This document shows, in pieces, positions 38,369-46,841 of a DNA stretch of 64,000 nucleotides. The position numbers and the translations under genes are program-made. A model generated the notes under the pieces. That model searched no databases. It was given only the letters and a program-made list of their open reading frames with translations, and was not told the origin of the DNA. The first letter of the stretch is position 1. Each line of letters begins with the position of its first letter. The stretch comes from Turneriella sp. (GTDB lineage Bacteria > Spirochaetota > Leptospiria > Turneriellales > Turneriellaceae), in contig CBDIID010000003.1 in assembly GCA_965279515.1 (NCBI GenBank), positions 4,320,001 to 4,384,000 on the forward strand, in the 5' to 3' direction.

Positions 38369-40246
38369 TTATAATCCCAGTTTATCCATAATTTTCTGGT
38401 ACATTTTAAAGTACTCTGACTGCGCAAACTTCTCGATCACGTCGTCCGGCAGTTCACCGAGCAGGTTGTCGAGGTACGTCATCACCGATTTTAATTCTTC
38501 GGTATCCGGTGCCGGCGCTGCAGCATCGGCGTGCGCGTCTTCGTGGATGAGTGTGGCTGCATCGAGGTCTTCTTCGAATACGGTGGCGGGTTTATCCGTG
38601 TTGTCGGCGAGGCTGGGTTCGTCGGCACCCGTATCCATATGCGAGAGCGGCATCATCGGCGCTTCGGGCGTGACTTCGCGTGAGTCAGCGACGATGCCGT
38701 CGAGTTCGTCGGAAGAAAGGGCTATCGGGCCGTCTTCGTCGCCGTCTGCCGGTACGGCGGGCGTGCCTGTGCTGAGCTCAGTCGAAGCATCTTCCATGTG
38801 GTCGACATCTGCATAGCGCGAATCAATCGCCATGGGGTCAGGCGTGGAAGCGTCCATGCCTTCGGCCGCGGCATCCATGCCTTCGGGTGGGAGTTCCGCC
38901 AGCGGCGCCACTTCCGGAGCATCTTCTATTTCCGCCGTCGCGGCGATGCCGTCGAGTTCGTCGGCCGAGAGGGCAATGGGTTCATCCGCATCGCTGTCAA
39001 AAAAGTCGTCGCTGCCGGCATGAGCGTGGTCATCGGCTGCGGCTGCTTGCCCCGCGTCCATATCGGCCGCAGGAACTTCTTCGGCGTCCATGAGAATGCC
39101 GTCGAGCTCTTCGTTGGAAAGTGCGATGGGTTCGTCGTCTTCGACCTCGACCATGCCGTCGGATGGCAGGTCGGCGAGGGCGACTTCATCCGTCTGTTTC
39201 GGCGCCTCTTCTTCGGGCGCGCTGCTTAAAATGCCGTCGAGTTCTTCATCGGAAAGCGTGATCGGTTCGTCTTCATCGCTGTCAAAAAATCCGGCGCTGT
39301 CGTTGGCAGCGGGCGAAGAAGTCTCTTCAAGTGTGGGCGAACCATCGTCGATCATCGTGATCGCCGGATCATCGTCGAGAGTCAGCACCTCGTCTTCATC
39401 GTTGACGGGTAAGAGCTCGGGCGCGCCGGTATGCGTTTCAGCATGGCCTGCTTCAGCGTCGGCTAAAATATTATCGAGTTCGTCGTCTGAGAGCGCAATC
39501 GGTTCTTCATCCTCGCCAAAATCTTCGGCGATCGAGGGTGGCGGCGGCGGTGCCATCGCCGGAGAACTGCTGACCGGGGCGGGGCGGGGTGCTGCTGCCG
39601 GGGAGGCAGGCGTGTGCGCGCCTTCTTCTTCTAATAAAATTTCATCGAGATCTTCGTCTGATAGCGCAATCGGCAATTCATCGTCGTCGAAGTTATGTTC
39701 GGCTTCCGGCATTGGCGGAGCGTCATAGGGATCGGCCTCTGGCATTGCCGGCGTCGCAGATGCGCTTTCATGTTCTACCGGAAAATCGGGATGGAATTCT
39801 TCTTCTGTCGCCGGCCCCATTTCCAGGATGCCATCGAGCTCTTCACTCGAAAGCGCGATTGGGCCGTCGTCTTCATCACTGTGTTCGGCCAGGGTCTGAT
39901 CATGGCTTACGGGCGCGACTTCAGCAGGCGCGTCGAGGGGATCTATATCGTCGGAAGATAAAATATCGTCAATGTAAGCATCTTCGGGATGTACCTGCGG
40001 CATGGGCGCCATCGCATGGCTCTCGTCGATATCCTCAAGAGTGGGTGCGGTAATCGTCTCTGCCTGTGCTTGCTCTGAAGCTGCGTGGTGCATTTCGTCT
40101 TCGTGCTGTGTCAGCTGCGGATTTTCTTTTGAGGAATCGTAAAGTACGACAAAGGATTTATCGTCAGATTCCGTGACGGCCAAATCGCCGTGGATGTCGA
40201 ATTCGTCGTCTTTGATTTTGGTCTTTTCAGCCACAGCTTCAGCCAT
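38369..40246 (-). CDS. Highly acidic, probably disordered 625-aa repeat protein with a compact C-terminal helical domain
   Basis: Start set at ATG 40246 (MAEAVAEK). Seven P-I-[AT]-L-S-x-[ED]-[ED]-L-D-x-I repeats. C-terminus ELKSVMTYLDNLLGELPDDVIEKFAQSEYF. Confidence 0.85.
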   Translation of the reverse strand: MAEAVAEKTKIKDDEFDIHGDLAVTESDDKSFVVLYDSSKENPQLTQHEDEMHHAASEQAQAETITAPTLEDIDESHAMAPMPQVHPEDAYIDDILSSDDIDPLDAPAEVAPVSHDQTLAEHSDEDDGPIALSSEELDGILEMGPATEEEFHPDFPVEHESASATPAMPEADPYDAPPMPEAEHNFDDDELPIALSDEDLDEILLEEEGAHTPASPAAAPRPAPVSSSPAMAPPPPPSIAEDFGEDEEPIALSDDELDNILADAEAGHAETHTGAPELLPVNDEDEVLTLDDDPAITMIDDGSPTLEETSSPAANDSAGFFDSDEDEPITLSDEELDGILSSAPEEEAPKQTDEVALADLPSDGMVEVEDDEPIALSNEELDGILMDAEEVPAADMDAGQAAAADDHAHAGSDDFFDSDADEPIALSADELDGIAATAEIEDAPEVAPLAELPPEGMDAAAEGMDASTPDPMAIDSRYADVDHMEDASTELSTGTPAVPADGDEDGPIALSSDELDGIVADSREVTPEAPMMPLSHMDTGADEPSLADNTDKPATVFEEDLDAATLIHEDAHADAAAPAPDTEELKSVMTYLDNLLGELPDDVIEKFAQSEYFKMYQKIMDKLGL

Positions 40247-40447
40247 ATTATATACCCGATTTATTATCGGTTTTGAGGCGAGCAATCTTAAATTGACTAC
40301 CAGATAAGGTTCAAAATCGGAAACATTGGTGCGCTGAACTCGTATGAATGGCGAGGCGTCCGTTTTCCCGGACGGGATATTGATCCGGGAGGGAGTGTAT
40401 GGTTGGCTTGGGTGTCGGGAAAATGAGTAACAAGTGTTTACAAACAA

Positions 40448-40462
40448 TGAACAGTATGTTCA
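40448..40462. promoter_or_regulatory. Perfect inverted repeat TGAACA-GTA-TGTTCA, candidate operator
   Basis: Read directly; lies in the AT-rich divergent intergenic region about 75 bp upstream of the giant lipoprotein. Confidence 0.55.
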
Positions 40463-40537
40463 CTTTTTTGGCCCAATAACCGGCACGGCTGTCATTTTCT
40501 ATTACGGTGTGTTACGGCCTTGAAGAAAGGGGTATGC

Positions 40538-43500
40538 GTGTTTAATATACAAATGTTTACTAAATTAAGACTATTGCGGTTATCCAGCTTCTTGATGATT
40601 TCATTGAGTTGGGTCGCCTGTAAATCCAGTGATCTGGAATTTCAGCAGTTCAAACCCAAATCAGAGACAGCGCTCTCTGATATCTTTAATAACACACCCG
40701 CAATCCGTGCCGCGTTCACAACGATCGATCCCCACGAGTTCAATGTCCGTTTAGATAATTTAATCCATACCGACCCGGTGATGGGGGTGAAATCGATGCA
40801 CGCCCTCGGCGCCCTTTCGCATACCCGACCGGCCCTGCCTCAGCTGGCAGATTCCGTTTCTTCTGTCATTGATCGTTTTGCCCGCTATTACCAGGCCACA
40901 CCTGCACGGCAGACTGAATATAATGCCGCGATCGATCTTGTGAACACCCTGCTCGACGTTGATCCCAAGGCGATCACCGATGGCTCCAAGCTGGGCGCGC
41001 AGGCCATCCGTTATATAGGCGAAAGCCAGGCGCTTTTTCCCCTCAGCGTCACACACCCTGATGTCAATCGCCTGAACGAATACCATTTCCCGCAACTGAC
41101 AACCTGGCAGACCTGCGATGATCCGGGTTCAGTATTCCTCAGTGGACGTCCCGAATCCGACGTAACCGATTTAGAGGCACGCGATTCTTTATGGGCACTC
41201 TTTGATATCCTGCGTACTGGTTTTTGTATCTATGCTAACCGGTCGGGCCCGCGCATTGAGATTTTGGGCACGGGTGGTTCTGGTGCGACAGCCGAGGCTG
41301 TCATCAATGAGAGTGTTATCACAGGCATCAATGTGACAAATCCTGGCAGTGGTTATCCTGCCGGCACAACCGTCGTCAATATCGATTCAACGCCCGGCCC
41401 AGGTTCAGGGGCGACAGCGACGGCAAACGTTGTCGGTGGTCAGGTCGTCAGCATCACCCTCAATGCGGGTGGCTCTGCCTACGTGCCGAAGAGCGATAAT
41501 ACACCGGGTGCCTACATGCGTAATGCCACCGCCGTGCTTAAAAACAGCGGCGATATAGAGCTGCGCATCAGAAACATGATCTATGACCTCGAGAACAAGC
41601 TTTCCGACTACTCGACCAGCGAGCACCGCATTGCCGACTGGACGGTGAATAATTCCAATATTGTGTTCCAGTCGCAGATCGCCGTGACGGATTACCTCAT
41701 CGACTATGTCTATCCGATCACACGGAAAGATTTTGTCTTTAATCAGGGTAAAGAAGTTCTCGACCGCGAAGCGGAACACCTTTCGATGAAGAACCCGGGT
41801 GGCGCTTCTGGTACCAACGATGAATACCTCACTGAATGGCTGCTGAAATCTCTTTATGCAGATGCACCCAAGATCGATGACCTTGAGAATTTTTCCAATA
41901 TTGATACAACGAGCAAGCTTTATGTATTTGGTAAAGATATTGTGGAGAACGGCACTTACGGTATTAATAGTGTAACTTCACGCTACTCTAAAGCTCTGCT
42001 GAAGCAACACTTGTGGGGACCATCTTCATATACGAACGTAGCGACCCCGCCCACAACCTTCAACTTTTCCGGTTTGATTTACAGCGACGGTACTCTTCCA
42101 GGGGCCGGATATATCAGTCGCCTAGCGCTCGTAAAATCCACGCAAAACTATCTGAATCCTTTCCGTCAGTTTATGGCGCCGCGCGTCAATTCGCTCGTCA
42201 CTGTGCCGTCGACGTACAACAATGAGCTCTACCTCGAATCAGCGCTCAAGAATTTTTATTTCCATATTTTAGAGCGTTATTACGATCAAGGCACTAACCA
42301 GTGGGCGCTGACCACGGAAGACGCGGCGACATTGTTTCCGACCGATCCCGACCCGGCAGACAGAAATTTGCAGAGCTATATCGGTCAGATGCAGTACTCG
42401 ATGCGCAACATGGCAGTGCTGGATAAATTTGGTAAGCTGAACCCTTCTGCCCCCGGATACAATGCCGTCACTGATGCGGGGTATGACCAGCAACGTGTCC
42501 CGTATTTGACATCTTTCCTCTACACGATTGCAGCAGCAAACGGGTATGTTGATCATATCAATGCGCCCGGACAGTTAACCCTGCAAACCTGCTTGAAAGC
42601 CATGGGTAGTCCCTTGGCCACGAATGGCACGATCAGCATTTCTGCGCTCGCAGGCCTTATCAACATGACGGTTGCGGTCACAAATGCGCCGGATCCATTT
42701 CCCGGTTTTCACGCAGCCTCACGGCAAGATCAACCGGCTTCCACGTCGTTGAATATGTTTGCTTTCGAACTCATCAGCCCGGGTCGTTTTATTCCACGTA
42801 CTGATACAGAGACTTACCCGGGTGATCTGGTCAACGGTAAGTTGCGCGGCATCTTTTCGCAACACCAGGGTGATATTGAATCGACCAATTTGAAAACTTC
42901 AGAATGGATGGTTTCAGAGTTTTCTCTCAGCGCGTGGGAAGGTTACGGTCCCTATTCTGTGAAAGGTAAGGCTGCAAATGGTAGCGTCGTTAAGTATGAG
43001 AATGATTATTATACAGATGGTTACCGCGCTGCACTAGGGACTTCAGTTCCGCTGTTTGGAACCCCTGACTCGTACTCAGAAGTAGCGATGGGTGAGAACG
43101 GTGGTGATGGTGGCGGTACATTGGGAGCCGGACGGAATGGCTCTTATCACATGTACGAGATGATTTATCGTCCGATGTCGAGCAGCGATCCATGCTGGAC
43201 CCAGGCACAAGGCCCCACATACGGCTATGCGCGTTATGGTTGGTTACGCCAGACGAATAATCCTAACTATTCTAATCTAACCTCGGTGACCAACAGCTGT
43301 GATACCAGCACCATGGTTCGCCTTGACTTTGATACGCGAGACGAGGCAATCCGTGCCAACGTCGAATGGGTACTCAAATACAAAAAGTTTATCTTCGTTA
43401 TTCCTATTTCAAGTTCCTCATCGGCTACCCTGGGGCAGGGCGCTTCTTTTGCCGTATTTTCGACGATCAACGCAAACGGCCTTTGGGGCGTTACCACCGC

Positions 43501-46500
43501 ACACCGTGCTGGTGGCAGCCAAACTGATAACGGCCGTTGGAATAAATCGGCAGCTTCGATGGGCGCGGACGGCGACGGTTATGTGTCAAACTCTGGCAAT
43601 GGGTTTATTGGAGAATGCACCAACGGTGCAGGTGCGTGCCCGGGAACTCGCTCAAATGTTCCGATACATAAAACTACGCGTTTTGGCGTTACATCCTTTG
43701 TCGCCGGCGATTCTATGGTGCTCCTCGACATAACGATGCGCACCTTTGGTTTCGCAATTAACTGGATTGTCGACCTCTGGCAACAAATCTGGGATAGTTT
43801 AGGCAATGGCCCGGTAACACCGGCGATGATCAAAGATAACTTTGATTCCGTACTGACCTTGGCCGAGGCCGTCTATGTAAAGGCCAACCTCATGACTGGC
43901 GCCTTTACGGGCCTTGAACAAAACATGGCAAAATTCCGGTTGTTCTATGACACCTATTTTCCCACGGATGATACGACCTGCACAGCTGGTGTATTGACGA
44001 ACACAGCCAATGGCAGTGCTGATCTCTTTGAAAATTATCTCAATGGTTGTGGTGTAACCGCGCGCGATTTGCCACCCGTACCGAAGGTAAATCCGAACAC
44101 TTCGACCTGCAATGAATTTACCCAAGCCGGGTGTTTTCAATATCCAAAGGCCTATGATTCTGCGGGTGCAGTACTTGCCGGCGCAGCAGGTTGGTACTCT
44201 TACAAGGGGCCAAGCGATGGCAAACTCACGGGTATGTTGACACCGTTGATCATGCTGTTCGGAACAATGCACGAAGACGGTGCTGTGATGAAGGTGACTT
44301 CGTACCCAAATGCGACACCTTTGGCCGCGGGTGAAAACCGCGACAACGTTACGATCCGCAACTTCTGCAGCTCCGGCTATCCCGGCTGCGTAACTGCAAA
44401 TTTAGGCTATCGCGTCGAATTGACCACACTCTTTAATGCCCTTGCTTCTCTAAATGAAAGTGTGATGTATAATAACGGACAAACTTGCGATCCCTATGGG
44501 CACCAGCCGGGCGCAACCCCTTGCAATAACTTCCCTGTTTATAACACCAATGCGCTGACCAATATTGTCACCGAGTCGGCTGTTGGCCTCAGAAATGGTC
44601 TTGTACCAAAAATGACCAATAATAAATATGCAAATATTGCATATGTTGACCCCCTCGTCCGCGACATAGAAGGTCTGATTGCAGATAACGTGCGCAAGGC
44701 CGAGGATAACTTTACCATAACGACGGGCACGAATGCAGGTGCCAGTGTGCTTAAAAACAAAGACAGGTTAAGGTATCTTGCAACCAAAAATGCAGTTAAT
44801 CCGACCTTTACGGCTAAGACTATCGTCAATGGCTATGTCAGCGCAGATCGCCACGGTCTTGAGATCGGCGATAAAGTTTACCTGACAGGTGCGGTGCCGG
44901 CGGGGATTACCCCCAATGAGCCGAACTATTATTATGTTGTCGCTCCTGTCACGGCAGATACCTTCAGGCTGAGCACCACATTTGGTGGGGGTGCCATGGC
45001 TCTGGGGCTCGCTGCATCATACAGTGTCAATCAGGCGCTCTTCAAAACAAACCGTTTTAATGCGAGCGTGAACGGTACGGCGCTCAATGGAATTCCAATC
45101 AATATGATGAAGGAATTTATCGGCTACCTGCGCACCCTGACTTCTGACGCGGAAATTGTCGCGGCGATCAAAGCGGCGATTCCGATGTTGAACAATTACC
45201 TGACTTATGTGCAGGGGAGCACATCGCAAATTACTTTGACGAATCAGGATATTGATCACATTGTTGATTTCATCAAAGATACGAACTCGAGCGGAAGCAA
45301 CTCCGTCGACAGCTTTCTGGATATGCTGGTTTCAACTAAGATGGATGACCTCAATACGCTCCGAAGCTTTAACTTTGATCAGTTCAAGACTTTGGGGTCG
45401 TACCAGGCGATCTTTGACGACATGAATGACAAGATCAATAAGTATTTCGAAATCAATATCAAGAAAGATATTCTTTATAGTTCATTGATGCTCGGTGAGC
45501 CCACTTGCCCTGGTGGTGCTGCGAATGGTTTCTATGACCATAACAAAGATGGCGTATGGAATCCCGGGACTTTCACTTTCATCTCTGCAGCCTATGTCGG
45601 CGCATCGACCTTTACAGATACGGCTAACGTGAATGGCACTTGTACCATAAACACGCAGGTGCCCAATATTTACGATAAAGATTATTACATGCTCGATATG
45701 GGTGGCGTGGGGCGCAATATCGAAAAGGCGGTGAATACGCTGACAGTTGCAGATGTCGACGGGAAGCTGGATTGGCTCTACGGCCGAACACTCACGGGCT
45801 CGCCGACAGATGTGATTCAGGTTACCGATGCCGCGAATCAGCCTAACCCTGCTACAGGCAAGACAGAATGTTACATTAAGTCTACTGGTTCAGGTGGTGG
45901 CATTAACTTTGACCGGGAGCTCAAAGCCTATAAAAATTTACTGCTCTGCGACGTGTATAATAAGAAGATTGCCGAACCGCACTATGATCGCAACGGCAAT
46001 AATATCATTGAAGCCGGTGAGTATACAGATATCAATGGCAACGGTCAATATGACGATGAGAACGTGACTGTTGCCGCGGATATCATGAATTTGCGTAAAA
46101 CGCTTCATTATTATCTCGAAGACGTTTTTATGCCTAAGTACGCTGAATATATTCAGCCGGATCCTTTGAGCCCGAGTAAGAATTATGTCCACTTCGGCGC
46201 CAAGGCACTTGAGGACCTGCTTGCTCCAACGATTTGCGATTCACAAGGGTTGAATTGCGCAACGAATTCAAATTACCTGACAGCCAAGTTGCTGGATGCA
46301 CGTACAACCTTCTATGCGAGCACGAACTTTACTTCTGCTGAGTTAAAATCGGTGAAGAATGTTGTGGGTAATTTCCTCTATGATACCGATACCGGTACCT
46401 ACACCGACCTGTTCGTTCGCATAGGGCCGTCGCTCGTGACGTTTCTGCGGGAGTTCCAGGGCGATTATAATGATTTGCTGACCATGGGGCTCGAAGGTTT

Positions 46501-46813
46501 CAAACCCAATGGGTTTATGACTTACTTCTCGACAAACCTGAAGAACAAGGCCCCGTATACATCGCTCGACATACTCACGGATGTCAGAACGCTCTTTAAC
46601 ACGCAGACGATGCGCTGTTATCCGGGAATCACAGGGGAATATCCTGGTGGGCCGCTGTATTGCAAGAAATACAAGGCACAGGATACTTTCTGGGGACAAT
46701 TTGGTCTGTTGATGGATCAGTTCTCGACGGCGGCGTATAATAAATATAAAGCACAATGGCAGTCGCAGATGGCGTCACCTTACTACTCGCGCCTCGTTTC
46801 GATTTTCGAATGA
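40538..46813 (+). CDS. Giant (~2,090 aa) predicted lipoprotein of unknown function
   Basis: Uninterrupted ORF. AAAGGGG RBS before GTG 40538 (alternative ATG 40553). Lipobox-like SWVAC. Many Cys pairs and Dx[DN]xxG loops. Confidence 0.85.
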   Translation: MFNIQMFTKLRLLRLSSFLMISLSWVACKSSDLEFQQFKPKSETALSDIFNNTPAIRAAFTTIDPHEFNVRLDNLIHTDPVMGVKSMHALGALSHTRPALPQLADSVSSVIDRFARYYQATPARQTEYNAAIDLVNTLLDVDPKAITDGSKLGAQAIRYIGESQALFPLSVTHPDVNRLNEYHFPQLTTWQTCDDPGSVFLSGRPESDVTDLEARDSLWALFDILRTGFCIYANRSGPRIEILGTGGSGATAEAVINESVITGINVTNPGSGYPAGTTVVNIDSTPGPGSGATATANVVGGQVVSITLNAGGSAYVPKSDNTPGAYMRNATAVLKNSGDIELRIRNMIYDLENKLSDYSTSEHRIADWTVNNSNIVFQSQIAVTDYLIDYVYPITRKDFVFNQGKEVLDREAEHLSMKNPGGASGTNDEYLTEWLLKSLYADAPKIDDLENFSNIDTTSKLYVFGKDIVENGTYGINSVTSRYSKALLKQHLWGPSSYTNVATPPTTFNFSGLIYSDGTLPGAGYISRLALVKSTQNYLNPFRQFMAPRVNSLVTVPSTYNNELYLESALKNFYFHILERYYDQGTNQWALTTEDAATLFPTDPDPADRNLQSYIGQMQYSMRNMAVLDKFGKLNPSAPGYNAVTDAGYDQQRVPYLTSFLYTIAAANGYVDHINAPGQLTLQTCLKAMGSPLATNGTISISALAGLINMTVAVTNAPDPFPGFHAASRQDQPASTSLNMFAFELISPGRFIPRTDTETYPGDLVNGKLRGIFSQHQGDIESTNLKTSEWMVSEFSLSAWEGYGPYSVKGKAANGSVVKYENDYYTDGYRAALGTSVPLFGTPDSYSEVAMGENGGDGGGTLGAGRNGSYHMYEMIYRPMSSSDPCWTQAQGPTYGYARYGWLRQTNNPNYSNLTSVTNSCDTSTMVRLDFDTRDEAIRANVEWVLKYKKFIFVIPISSSSSATLGQGASFAVFSTINANGLWGVTTAHRAGGSQTDNGRWNKSAASMGADGDGYVSNSGNGFIGECTNGAGACPGTRSNVPIHKTTRFGVTSFVAGDSMVLLDITMRTFGFAINWIVDLWQQIWDSLGNGPVTPAMIKDNFDSVLTLAEAVYVKANLMTGAFTGLEQNMAKFRLFYDTYFPTDDTTCTAGVLTNTANGSADLFENYLNGCGVTARDLPPVPKVNPNTSTCNEFTQAGCFQYPKAYDSAGAVLAGAAGWYSYKGPSDGKLTGMLTPLIMLFGTMHEDGAVMKVTSYPNATPLAAGENRDNVTIRNFCSSGYPGCVTANLGYRVELTTLFNALASLNESVMYNNGQTCDPYGHQPGATPCNNFPVYNTNALTNIVTESAVGLRNGLVPKMTNNKYANIAYVDPLVRDIEGLIADNVRKAEDNFTITTGTNAGASVLKNKDRLRYLATKNAVNPTFTAKTIVNGYVSADRHGLEIGDKVYLTGAVPAGITPNEPNYYYVVAPVTADTFRLSTTFGGGAMALGLAASYSVNQALFKTNRFNASVNGTALNGIPINMMKEFIGYLRTLTSDAEIVAAIKAAIPMLNNYLTYVQGSTSQITLTNQDIDHIVDFIKDTNSSGSNSVDSFLDMLVSTKMDDLNTLRSFNFDQFKTLGSYQAIFDDMNDKINKYFEINIKKDILYSSLMLGEPTCPGGAANGFYDHNKDGVWNPGTFTFISAAYVGASTFTDTANVNGTCTINTQVPNIYDKDYYMLDMGGVGRNIEKAVNTLTVADVDGKLDWLYGRTLTGSPTDVIQVTDAANQPNPATGKTECYIKSTGSGGGINFDRELKAYKNLLLCDVYNKKIAEPHYDRNGNNIIEAGEYTDINGNGQYDDENVTVAADIMNLRKTLHYYLEDVFMPKYAEYIQPDPLSPSKNYVHFGAKALEDLLAPTICDSQGLNCATNSNYLTAKLLDARTTFYASTNFTSAELKSVKNVVGNFLYDTDTGTYTDLFVRIGPSLVTFLREFQGDYNDLLTMGLEGFKPNGFMTYFSTNLKNKAPYTSLDILTDVRTLFNTQTMRCYPGITGEYPGGPLYCKKYKAQDTFWGQFGLLMDQFSTAAYNKYKAQWQSQMASPYYSRLVSIFE

Positions 46814-46841
46814 TGGCGACGCATTGCATTGAGGAGTTCTC

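Noticed and set aside
38466..40053. Ser-rich plus-strand ORFs and DNA-level repeats that could suggest a CRISPR array
   Set aside because: The repeats are degenerate at synonymous positions and spaced irregularly at about 130-250 bp. They are explained by the protein repeats on the minus strand. No cas genes.
40247..40447. N-terminal 67 aa of the 692-aa ORF
   Set aside because: Composition is unlike the rest of the protein, and the region looks like an AT-rich divergent promoter.
40538..46813. Prophage or contractile-injection-system interpretation of the phage-like segments
   Set aside because: Only two short modules inside a lipoprotein; no capsid, sheath, tube, terminase or integrase genes in the window.
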